Shown here piece after piece: positions 18,992 through 27,344 of a stretch of 35,808 bases of DNA. Source of the stretch: Alphaproteobacteria bacterium (GTDB taxonomy: Bacteria > Pseudomonadota > Alphaproteobacteria > UBA11222). The stretch covers positions 1-35,808 of the forward strand of contig JBEBFX010000003.1 in NCBI GenBank assembly GCA_040081735.1. The letters run 5' to 3'. The position numbers and the translations under genes were made by a program. The first letter of the stretch is position 1, and each line of letters opens with the position of its first letter. The notes under the pieces were generated by a model. That model was not told the origin of the DNA, ran no database searches, and was given only the letters and a program-made list of their open reading frames with translations.

Positions 18992-20119
18992 TTAATCTCC
19001 CGCCGTTACAGCCGCGCACACTGCATCGCAGATGCGTTGCGCCACTTCCTCCGGCATATAGGGATGCATGGGTAAACTCAAGACGCGATGGGATAATTTT
19101 TCACTGACCGGCAATGAACCCGCGCCGCGCCCATATCCCGCATAGGCCGGTTGCAGGTGCATCGGACGCGGATAATAGATTTGCGTGGGGATGCCCGATT
19201 GCGCCAGCACAGCCTGCACCCTGTCGCGATGATCAATCTGTATCGTATATTGCGCCCAGGCGGACAGACTACCGGCGGGGCGCGCCGGAACCGAAACCCT
19301 GTTCGAGAGGCGGGCGTCATAATACCGGCTCAGTTTCTCGCGGCTGCCGCGTTCTTCCTCCAGCACTGTCAGCTTGACCAGTAAAACCGCCGCCTGCAGG
19401 GTATCCAGACGGGCATTCATCCCGACACGGACAATATCATATTTTGCCTTGCCGGCGCCGTGGCCGCGAAGGGAGCGCAGCTTTTCCGCCATTTCAGAAT
19501 CCGGTGTGAACAGCGCCCCCCCGTCCCCAAAACATCCCAGCGGTTTGGCGGGGAAGAAACTGGTGGCGGTCAATGGCGCAAGCCTGCCAACACATACACC
19601 CTCCTGCACGCCAGACAGGCTTTGCGCCGCATCCGCGATCACATGCATATTGTGAACCGCCGCAATCTCACCGATACGCCGGTACTCCGCAGGCAGGCCA
19701 AACAGATCAACTGCGATGACGGCCTTCGGGCGCAATTCCCCAGTTTCGGCTATCGCGCGCGCCAGATCATTGGCGTCCAGATTGCAGGTGTCTTCCCGCA
19801 CATCAACAAACACGGGGGTGGCCCCCAGCATCAGCACCGCTTCTGCGGTGGCGGTAAAGGTAAAGCTGGGGACATACACCGCATCACCGGGGCCAATATC
19901 GTGCGCCATCAGCGCCATCATCAGCGCATCGGTTCCGTTCGAGACGCCGATCACGTGTGCGCCCCCTGCAAACGCGCCCAGGGCGCGTTCGAATTCAGCG
20001 ACCTCCGGTCCCAGAATAAACTGCCCATGATCCAGCACCGCCTGCATGCGCGTATCTATCTGCGATTTCAGCCGCCGGTATTGCGCCGGCAAATCAATAA
20101 AGGCAACCGGTACAACCAT
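18992..20119 (-). CDS. wbpE: DegT/DnrJ/EryC1/StrS sugar aminotransferase, WbpE/WlbC-like
   Basis: FIDL..QY, FILGPEV, DAAQS, SFFPAKPLGCFGDGG, NARLDTLQAA. TAATG overlap with the upstream gene. Confidence 0.82.
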   Translation of the reverse strand: MVVPVAFIDLPAQYRRLKSQIDTRMQAVLDHGQFILGPEVAEFERALGAFAGGAHVIGVSNGTDALMMALMAHDIGPGDAVYVPSFTFTATAEAVLMLGATPVFVDVREDTCNLDANDLARAIAETGELRPKAVIAVDLFGLPAEYRRIGEIAAVHNMHVIADAAQSLSGVQEGVCVGRLAPLTATSFFPAKPLGCFGDGGALFTPDSEMAEKLRSLRGHGAGKAKYDIVRVGMNARLDTLQAAVLLVKLTVLEEERGSREKLSRYYDARLSNRVSVPARPAGSLSAWAQYTIQIDHRDRVQAVLAQSGIPTQIYYPRPMHLQPAYAGYGRGAGSLPVSEKLSHRVLSLPMHPYMPEEVAQRICDAVCAAVTAGD

Positions 20120-21765
20120 TATTGCGCCGCCACGTTTAACGCCCCGCCGGGCATCTCAAGCAGTTGCAGTCCGGCAGGGGTTTCCTCGTACCGCTCTCCC
20201 GTGCGGGGACAGACGAGATCCGCACCCATCCGCTCGCCCGACTGGCTGACCCAGCCAACGCGGCGCGCAGGGCTGCCGATCATGAGGGCGTGGGCGGGTA
20301 CATCACTGGTCACCACAGCGCCGGCGCCGATCATGGCGTAGGCCCCGATTTCGTTGCCGCAGATGATTGTGGCGTTGGCCCCGATGCTGGCCCCGCGCCG
20401 CACCAGGGTCCGGGAAAATTCATTTTTGCGCTCGATATGCGCGCGCGGCGTCAGCACATTGGTAAACACCATGCTGGGGCCGCAAAACACATCCTCTTCA
20501 AGGGTGACGCCCTTGAAGACGGACACATTGTTCTGAAGCTTGCAGCCATTGCCGATGACCACATCCGGGCCGGCCGAACAGTTCTGCCCCAACACACAGT
20601 TCTGGCCAATGCGGCTATTGCCCAGAATATGCGAAAAATGCCAGATTTTGGTGCCCGCGCCAATCGTCACATTGTCGTCAACCACTGCTGTCTCGTGCAC
20701 GAAATAATTGCCGGTCTGGGCGCGCTGCGTACTGGCGGCAAAATTCACGGCCTCGCCGGTTTCCATTGATGACTGGGCTGCATTCAGAACTCGCAGGACA
20801 CGGATGGCTTCGCCGGCGTCCGTGCGCGGGGCGGCCCGCGTTCCCATACAATGCAGAAAATGATCGATCTCGGCGCCCAGCGGTTCGGTTTGCTCAAGCG
20901 CCACCGGCGCCCCATCGGCCTTTGTGGCGACCGGCATGCCGTCTTTCCATTCAACCGCATGATTGTAATGCATCAGCTTGCCCCGCCAGGGCTGCGCATC
21001 ATCAAACAGCAGCATGCCCCGATCCCCGATCACCACCAGCCGCTGTTCCTTGATCGGATGCAGCCAGGACACATAAATGTGGCAGCCCAGACCGGAACGG
21101 AACTCCAGATGCGTCATCGTGGTGTCGGCGATGCGCTTGTTCAAAAACGCCTGACCCGTCGCCCATACCCGTTCCGGTAATTCCCCCGCCAGCGCCAGGA
21201 TCATGGAAAGATCATGCGGCGCGAAACTCCACAGCACATTTTCTTCCCGCCGCAGCTTGCCCATATTCAGACGGTTGGAATAGACATAGCGCAATTGCCC
21301 GATATCGCCCGCATCCACCATCTGTTTCAGGCGTAAAAATGCCGGGTGATACTGCAACAGATGCCCCACCATCAGGACGCGGCCCCGCGCCTGCGCCAAC
21401 GCCGCCAGTTCTTCCGCATCCGCTGTCTCCAGCGCAATCGGTTTTTCAACGAAAACATCCTTGCCCGCCCACAGGGCGTCGCGCGCCAGCTGATAATGGG
21501 TTTCTGCGGGGGTGGCGATGACACAGGCCGTGAAATCTTCGCGGGCCAGCACCGGCTCTAAATCGTTCAGATGCAGAACGCCATACTTCACGGCCAGCGC
21601 CGCCGCTTCGGGCGCCGGATCAACGATGGCCCCCAGCACGCCTTTTTCCGCCAGCACCCGCGCCAGGTTTTTACCCCAGTAGCCGCATCCGGCCAACGCG
21701 ATTTTGGGTGTAATATAGGGGGCGGCAACCGATGATTTAACCACTGGAACCTCAGGCAAAAGCAT
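20119..21765 (-). CDS. Fused Gfo/Idh/MocA oxidoreductase (WbpB/WlbA-like) and hexapeptide N-acetyltransferase (WbpD/WlbB-like)
   Basis: N-half GCGYWG, EKPIA, FAPHD. C-half (from about 20712 down) FVHETAVVD..IWHFSH..QNNVSV..GPSMVFTNV..IGANATI in one uninterrupted frame. Confidence 0.88.
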   Translation of the reverse strand: MLLPEVPVVKSSVAAPYITPKIALAGCGYWGKNLARVLAEKGVLGAIVDPAPEAAALAVKYGVLHLNDLEPVLAREDFTACVIATPAETHYQLARDALWAGKDVFVEKPIALETADAEELAALAQARGRVLMVGHLLQYHPAFLRLKQMVDAGDIGQLRYVYSNRLNMGKLRREENVLWSFAPHDLSMILALAGELPERVWATGQAFLNKRIADTTMTHLEFRSGLGCHIYVSWLHPIKEQRLVVIGDRGMLLFDDAQPWRGKLMHYNHAVEWKDGMPVATKADGAPVALEQTEPLGAEIDHFLHCMGTRAAPRTDAGEAIRVLRVLNAAQSSMETGEAVNFAASTQRAQTGNYFVHETAVVDDNVTIGAGTKIWHFSHILGNSRIGQNCVLGQNCSAGPDVVIGNGCKLQNNVSVFKGVTLEEDVFCGPSMVFTNVLTPRAHIERKNEFSRTLVRRGASIGANATIICGNEIGAYAMIGAGAVVTSDVPAHALMIGSPARRVGWVSQSGERMGADLVCPRTGERYEETPAGLQLLEMPGGALNVAAQ

Positions 21766-21801
21766 AACTGAGGCGTCAGATACGCCACAGCCGCGATAGC
21801 A

Positions 21802-21818
21802 TGAATTTAACGTTAAAT
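21802..21818. promoter_or_regulatory. 14-bp perfect palindrome overlapping a CtrA-like box between gspK and the sugar genes
   Basis: ATTTAACGTTAAAT (21805-21818) and TGAA-N7-TTAA (21802-21816). Confidence 0.4.
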
Positions 21819-21850
21819 GGTGAGCAGAAGGTAAATTTCTAAATTCTGAA

Positions 21851-22600
21851 TCATTGCGTGCGCCAGCCGGTCACAAAATAAAACGGCGGCCCGGCCTCGC
21901 GCGACAGCCAGATTGCGGCCTGAACGGTGACTTTTGCCCCCGAGGCGAGGCTGGCCTGCGCGGCTATTTCATAAGCCAGTTTGTGGGAGGGGCTGCTATT
22001 GACGCCTGCCAGGCTCAGTGCGTGTTTAACGGCCTCCGGGGCGCAACAGGCATCGGCCCCAACCTCCCGGCAATTAATCGTCAGACCGGGGCGCAGGGCT
22101 TGCAGCAGCCCCCGATCCATATCAGGTAAATCCGCCAGTTGATCCAGGCTTTGCCACGGCCCGGTGTTTAACTGCACCGCGTCCTGAGAAAGCACTGACT
22201 GCTGGCGGGCAACAATTGCGCTGGCAAAGCGTTCAGCCGCCGCCGGTTTCATCCCCGCCGTTTCGGCATAGGCGCGCAACAGGGCCAGGGGGGCCCAGTT
22301 CAGATCAATGGCCCCGCAGGAATCCTTCACCTGAACACTTATCGTGGCCTCGTCATTCAGTTGAATGGAAAACGGCTGGCCCATGGGTATTTTCTCCCGC
22401 GCCGCCGGATCAGCCAGCGCCGCAATCGCGCGCTGCACCCCAGCCTCGGCCAGATGCCGGGCCCGCGCCGCATCAATCCGGTTCGCGGTCAATGCGGCGT
22501 CCCCGCCGCGGATGGTGAGCATCCCCCCCACAAACGCGCCCATCAGGATAATCGCCCATAGGGCAATCATCATCGCCATGCCATTTTCGCCGGGTTTCAT
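21851..22600 (-). CDS. gspK: Type II secretion minor pseudopilin GspK-like (short)
   Basis: G|MAMMIALW prepilin-like start without Glu5, ARHLAEAGV, D..GAIDLN, WQSLDQL; lies after gspJ. Confidence 0.75.
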   Translation of the reverse strand: MKPGENGMAMMIALWAIILMGAFVGGMLTIRGGDAALTANRIDAARARHLAEAGVQRAIAALADPAAREKIPMGQPFSIQLNDEATISVQVKDSCGAIDLNWAPLALLRAYAETAGMKPAAAERFASAIVARQQSVLSQDAVQLNTGPWQSLDQLADLPDMDRGLLQALRPGLTINCREVGADACCAPEAVKHALSLAGVNSSPSHKLAYEIAAQASLASGAKVTVQAAIWLSREAGPPFYFVTGWRTQ

Positions 22601-23184
22601 GGCGGCGGCGGCTGCGCCATGACGGCGATAACCAGATCCGGCCAGGGCAGCGTTGCAGCGTTTGGCAGGACCTGAATGCGCACAAGGGATGGCAATCGCG
22701 CTTTGTCTTTCCAGGTTTCAAGCCAGACGGGATCGCTTCCCCGCGCCTTCGCGCCATAATAGGAAAAGCGGATGCTTCGCGCATTGGTGACCAGATTGCG
22801 CTGCTCGTCCCCCATCAAGTACTGCAACTGCCTGGCGGAGGGCGCGCCCGCAACGGCCAGTTCGATAATCTGCGGTCCGCCAGCGCCCTGCGCAGCGACA
22901 GGACTGGCCGCAAATCGCATGGCGTCAGCGCTGCCGGAAAACAGCAGGCTGTGCGTATATCCATCCTGGCTCTGTATGGCCTGCATTTCTCCTATTTGCC
23001 GGCGCAATAATTCATGCATGGTCACAATTGCGCTGATCTCCGCGCTGGTGGAACTTGTGCGTGTATTCCCGGATATGGCCAGCGGCAACGCCACACCAAT
23101 CAGTGACATCATCAGCCCCAGCAATGCGAGGCTGACCAGTAATTCTATCAGGGTGTAACCCGATTGCGCGGCGGCCCTCGTCAT
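22597..23184 (-). CDS. gspJ: Type II secretion pseudopilin GspJ-like
   Basis: QSG|YTLIELLVSL; C-terminal FSYYG..W...W....LP..VRI..WPDL; ATGA overlaps. Confidence 0.8.
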   Translation of the reverse strand: MTRAAAQSGYTLIELLVSLALLGLMMSLIGVALPLAISGNTRTSSTSAEISAIVTMHELLRRQIGEMQAIQSQDGYTHSLLFSGSADAMRFAASPVAAQGAGGPQIIELAVAGAPSARQLQYLMGDEQRNLVTNARSIRFSYYGAKARGSDPVWLETWKDKARLPSLVRIQVLPNAATLPWPDLVIAVMAQPPPP

Positions 23185-23591
23185 GGCCGTTTTCGATCCA
23201 TGGCCGGAATGTCTGAAAGGCGAAGGGTAACAAGGCGCACCGGCGCGCCATTATCGGGCGGGGTAACAGATATACTGACCGTAAAGGACGGGAATACAGT
23301 CGGCGGCGTGACTTCTGGCAACCGGCTGATCTGGCGCTTCCAGACAAATCCAGTCTCAGTCCGGCCAGAGGTTTCACCGTCCGCCAGTGGAATGCTGATT
23401 CCAGTCTCAGCCATGAGCGATTCAGCGTGTAACACCGCCAGCCCCGCCTGGGCCGAACGATGGGTATTGCGCAATCCAATCGTCAGGCCACCCAGCAATA
23501 CCCCCAGCGCCAGCGAGAGCATCACAAACGCAACAAGCACTTCGATCATGCCGAAGCCTGATATGCCGGACCTATTCAACAAGGCTGGCAT
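23181..23591 (-). CDS. gspI: Type II secretion pseudopilin GspI-like
   Basis: SG|FGMIEVLVAF prepilin motif; position in cluster. Confidence 0.8.
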   Translation of the reverse strand: MPALLNRSGISGFGMIEVLVAFVMLSLALGVLLGGLTIGLRNTHRSAQAGLAVLHAESLMAETGISIPLADGETSGRTETGFVWKRQISRLPEVTPPTVFPSFTVSISVTPPDNGAPVRLVTLRLSDIPAMDRKRP

Positions 23592-23988
23592 GGCCGGTCA
23601 GCCAGTCTACAGAAAGGCTGCGGCGGGCATCCCCTGACGATAATGTGACGCGGGCCGATGTGGCGCTGCCGTCCGGATAAAATATGAGCGGCGCATCGGC
23701 CACACCCTGCACGGCGCTGCCGATCCCGATTGCGCTGTCATTTACCAGCCTGCGCACATCAAGCGTAATCTGTTCACGGCGTGTCACAGCTGTTGACCGG
23801 GCGCGGCGCAGCCCATCATAAACCTTTGCCGCAGCGCCATCCAGCCGCCCGCGTTCGCCCGCTTCCAGCACCGCCGGTGCGGCGATACCCATCGCCAGCG
23901 CAAGGATCACCAGCACCACCAGCAGTTCGATCAACGTGAAGCCCCGGCTCATTCCACAAGTGTGACCTTCTACGGATGCACAGATCAC
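23572..23988 (-). CDS. gspH: Type II secretion pseudopilin GspH/FimT-like (alternative start ATG 23952)
   Basis: RG|FTLIELLVVL, LRRARSTA, FYPDGSA and VDWLTG motifs. Confidence 0.82.
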   Translation of the reverse strand: MICASVEGHTCGMSRGFTLIELLVVLVILALAMGIAAPAVLEAGERGRLDGAAAKVYDGLRRARSTAVTRREQITLDVRRLVNDSAIGIGSAVQGVADAPLIFYPDGSATSARVTLSSGDARRSLSVDWLTGHASLVE

Positions 23989-24413
23989 GGCACGCTGATG
24001 TCCGCATTTTCGTCTTCGCCGCCTTCCTTGCCGTCCGCGCCGTAGGACAGCATCCGGTACGGTTTTCCGCCCGGTCCCGGAGATTGATAGATATAGGGAT
24101 TATCCCAGGGGTCGAGCGGCAATTCCGGCTTGTTCAGATACGGTCCGCGCCACCGCGCAGCGCCCGCAGGCGCGCTTACCAGCGCGTTCAGCCCGGCCTC
24201 GGCAGCTGGAAATTTACGCATATCCAGCCGGTACAGATCAAGCGCCGAAGCAAAGGTTTCCATCTGAAGGCGCGCCGTATCGGAGCGCGCGCCGCCCAGA
24301 TATCCAATCGTGCGCGGCGCAACAATACTGATCAGCAACCCCAGAATGACCAGCACCACCAGCAATTCCACCAGGGTAAAACCGCGCTGAGTTTCTGTTT
24401 TCATTTCGTTCAT
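23985..24413 (-). CDS. gspG: Type II secretion major pseudopilin GspG
   Basis: QRG|FTLVELLVVL, ALDLYRLD, WRGPYL, DPWDNPYIY, SYGADGKEGGEDENADI. Confidence 0.95.
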   Translation of the reverse strand: MNEMKTETQRGFTLVELLVVLVILGLLISIVAPRTIGYLGGARSDTARLQMETFASALDLYRLDMRKFPAAEAGLNALVSAPAGAARWRGPYLNKPELPLDPWDNPYIYQSPGPGGKPYRMLSYGADGKEGGEDENADISVP

Positions 24414-24428
24414 GAAACGTATCCCAAG

Positions 24429-25508
24429 CTATTGAACCGCCAGATCGTTGATACCGGTTATGGCGCCGACAAGCCCGATGATAATAACGGCCATCACCCC
24501 CCCGATTAGCAAAACCAGCACCGGTTCCAGCAATGCCAGCAGCCGCCTGGCAATGGCCTCAACCTCCATGGAATAGATATCTGCAAGATGCGCCAGCATC
24601 TCTGCCAGCGCGCTGCTTTCTTCGCCCACCCGGACAAGCCGGAGCATTAATTCGGGAAATAAATCATTTTGAGCCAGCGCAATGGAAAGTGATTGTCCCT
24701 CCCGCACCTGACCGCCTGCGCGCAATAATCCATCCCCGTACAGGCGATTTCCCGCTATGGCGGATGCTAAAGTCAACGCCTCCGGCAGGCTGACGCCGTT
24801 CTGTAAAAGCTCCGACAGGCTGCGGGCCACGCGCTCCAAAATTATCTTCACCAGAACAGGCCCAAATTGCGGCATGCGGACAAGCCGCGCATCAATCGCC
24901 GCACGAAAATCCGGATCGTGCGCCCTGTGCCGCCAGTAAAATATGGCCGCTACGCCTGCCGCCAGAGGCGCCCAGCCGTAGTTTCGCAACAGGCCTGCGC
25001 CGCCAATAATTACACTGGTCAAAAGGGGCACGTCATGGCCCAGACCGGCAAACAGCGCTTCAAAACGTGGCACCACAACAACCAGCAGCACTACCAGCGA
25101 CACCAGCGCCGCCCCCAGCAGCAGCACCGGATAGACCAATGCGGACCGGACAGACTGGGATAATTGCTCTGCCCGCTCCGTATAGTCCGCCAGACGATCA
25201 AGGCTGCGCCCCATAACGCCGCCCGCCTCGGCAGCGTTGATCAGGGCCCGGAATACGGGACCAAACACCGGCTGGTGCGCGGGATCGTGGCGGCCAAGCG
25301 CCAATGACAGGCTGGCGCCCGATCTTATTTCAGCACACAGATCATCGGCCATTGCGGAAAGCGCCCCCCCCGGGACCGCCGCCGCCAGCCGCACCGCGTC
25401 GGCCAGGGGTAACCCAGCCTGCAACAGGCGCGCCAGGGATCGGGTAAACAGCGCCAGATCCCGCCGCGTGACCTTCAGCGCCGGGGCAAATCGCCACCAT
25501 CGGGTCAT
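24429..25508 (-). CDS. gspF: Type II secretion inner-membrane platform protein GspF (short N-terminus)
   Basis: FTRSLARLLQAGLPL, AAEAGG, SALVYP, VGEESS, LLEP; ATGA overlap with the gspE stop. Confidence 0.9.
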   Translation of the reverse strand: MTRWWRFAPALKVTRRDLALFTRSLARLLQAGLPLADAVRLAAAVPGGALSAMADDLCAEIRSGASLSLALGRHDPAHQPVFGPVFRALINAAEAGGVMGRSLDRLADYTERAEQLSQSVRSALVYPVLLLGAALVSLVVLLVVVVPRFEALFAGLGHDVPLLTSVIIGGAGLLRNYGWAPLAAGVAAIFYWRHRAHDPDFRAAIDARLVRMPQFGPVLVKIILERVARSLSELLQNGVSLPEALTLASAIAGNRLYGDGLLRAGGQVREGQSLSIALAQNDLFPELMLRLVRVGEESSALAEMLAHLADIYSMEVEAIARRLLALLEPVLVLLIGGVMAVIIIGLVGAITGINDLAVQ

Positions 25509-27193
25509 GCAGCGCTCACCCGCATTACTTCTTCAAGCGAGGTTATTCCTTGCGCAACTTTCGCCAGGCCATCCCCATGCAGGGTGCGCATTCCCGCAGC
25601 ACCGCAGACACGCTGAATTTCTGCGCTGTCTGCGCGCGCCAGTATCAGATTTTGCAGCGTTTCATCGGCCGGAATATATTCGGCCACAACGGTGCGCCCG
25701 GAATAACCGGTATGGCGGCAGGCGGGGCAACCGCCGGGTCCCCATGTTTTTGTCCCGGACAGCAGACCAACATCGCGCCCCGCCCTCCCGGAAAGCACAT
25801 CCTCGACCCGGCAAAGCGGACACAGTTTTCGCACCAGCCGCTGCGCCACGACGCCCCGCAGGGTTGAGGCCAGCAGATAGGGTTCAATCCCCATGTCCAA
25901 TAAACGCGCAACGGCGCCCGCAGCGTCATTGGTGTGCAGGGAACACAGGACCAGATGCCCGGTCAGCGCCGCCTGAATGGCAATCCGCGCGGTTTCGGAA
26001 TCCCGCGCCTCGCCCACCATGATCACATCAGGATCGTGCCGCAACGTGGCGCGCAGAATTTCGGAAAAGCCCAGGCCAATCTGCGGGCGCACCTGTATCT
26101 GATTGACGCCTTCGATCTGATATTCAACCGGATCCTCGACCGAGACGATCTTGGTCTGCTCATTCTGCAATTGGCGCAGGATGGCGTACAGGGTTGTTGT
26201 CTTGCCGCTGCCGGTCGGGCCGCAGACCAGCATGATTCCATGGGGTTTGCTGATCAGCGCATTGATATGGGCCTGTTGTTCCGGCCCAAAGCCAAGCAGG
26301 CCAAGGTTCAACGGCGCCCTGGTCTGGTCCAGCACGCGCAGCACTACCCCTTCCCCGTGCAGCGCCGGCAGAAGCGAGACCCGCAAATCGACGCGCCGGC
26401 CTTCCACACTGATCAGGCAACGCCCATCCTGGGGCTTGCGCCGCTCCGCCATATCAAGCCCCGACAAAACCTTGATGCGTCCGATGATGGCGGGATAATG
26501 GGAAAAGTCCGGCGCGGCCACCGGCGCCAGCACCCCATCAATGCGGTAGCGTACCGTCAGGCTTCCATCAAAGGGTTCAATATGAATATCAGACGCATGG
26601 GCCGTAATTGCGCCTGCAATCAGCTGATTGACAAGGCGCACCGCCGCCGCATCACTGCCCTGCTCGCGCAATTGCTGTACATCCGCTGCAAGATGGCCTG
26701 TCGATGCGCTGTAAGATGGCCCTGCACTGACAGAGTTTTCCCCCTTACCGTAGATGCGCTGCAAGGCCGCATCGATGTCAGCAGGAATGGCGACAAATAT
26801 CCTGGGAGTGGCGCCAGCCGCCAGGACAAGCGCCTCTCTGGCAGGCTCGTCCAGCGGATCGGCCATGGCGGCCCAAAGCTGATCATCTTCCACCGCCAGC
26901 GGCAGGATACGCGCTTTTCGCAAAAAAGAAGGCGATAACCGGCCCGGCCAGACCGGCGCGACCGGAAAATTTTCTGGCGCCGCCAGTGGCAATTCCAGCA
27001 CCTGCGCAAGAACCATGGCCATGTCACGATCAGCCACCAGCCCCAATTGGGTCAGCGCCTGATCGACCCTGCCGCCATAGGATGATCGCGCGCTGGTGGC
27101 GCGGGCCAATTGCTCCGGCTTCAGCGCGCCACGCGCCAGAAGCGCCTCCGCAATTTCTTGCTGAATATCCCCGGCCTGTCTTTTTATTGACAC
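25505..27193 (-). CDS. gspE: Type II secretion ATPase GspE
   Basis: ASDIHIEP, Walker A GPTGSGKTTT, EDPVEY, DPDVIMVGEARD, TGHLV..SLHTND and tetracysteine CPLC/CPAC. Confidence 0.93.
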   Translation of the reverse strand: MSIKRQAGDIQQEIAEALLARGALKPEQLARATSARSSYGGRVDQALTQLGLVADRDMAMVLAQVLELPLAAPENFPVAPVWPGRLSPSFLRKARILPLAVEDDQLWAAMADPLDEPAREALVLAAGATPRIFVAIPADIDAALQRIYGKGENSVSAGPSYSASTGHLAADVQQLREQGSDAAAVRLVNQLIAGAITAHASDIHIEPFDGSLTVRYRIDGVLAPVAAPDFSHYPAIIGRIKVLSGLDMAERRKPQDGRCLISVEGRRVDLRVSLLPALHGEGVVLRVLDQTRAPLNLGLLGFGPEQQAHINALISKPHGIMLVCGPTGSGKTTTLYAILRQLQNEQTKIVSVEDPVEYQIEGVNQIQVRPQIGLGFSEILRATLRHDPDVIMVGEARDSETARIAIQAALTGHLVLCSLHTNDAAGAVARLLDMGIEPYLLASTLRGVVAQRLVRKLCPLCRVEDVLSGRAGRDVGLLSGTKTWGPGGCPACRHTGYSGRTVVAEYIPADETLQNLILARADSAEIQRVCGAAGMRTLHGDGLAKVAQGITSLEEVMRVSAA

Positions 27194-27296
27194 ACAAGCA
27201 CCCGCATCACACTTTATGGTCTATTTTAGTCTGGTCACCATGAGAATCACATTTTAACCTTGCCGGATTATTGCTCTAGAGTCATTGCGGACTATA

Positions 27297-27314
27297 AGGC
27301 ATAAAGTGATGCCT
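27297..27314. promoter_or_regulatory. Palindromic candidate operator in the gspE/cytochrome divergent region
   Basis: AGGCAT-AAAGTG-ATGCCT. CATAAAGTG (27300-27308) is also the reverse complement of CACTTTATG (27210-27218). Confidence 0.35.
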
Positions 27315-27344
27315 GAATTATTTAGCACTTTTTGGGGGCGGCAC

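Noticed and set aside
17674-19107. 477-aa plus-strand ORF and other long antisense ORFs (e.g. 498..1388, 4489..5259, 10007..10849, 19460..20341, 25934..26938, 32129..32875)
   Set aside because: They lie opposite well-supported genes, show no motifs, and are expected shadows in GC-rich DNA.
21851-27193. Type IV pilus or Tad system
   Set aside because: GspG-specific C-terminal motifs and E-F-G-H-I-J-K order indicate T2SS; there is no PilT, PilM or Flp.
27285-27344. Longer N-termini in the ORF track (27285 for the cytochrome, 1004 for EamA)
   Set aside because: The downstream ATGs (27345, 1046) give a proper signal peptide, or an RBS plus ATGA coupling.
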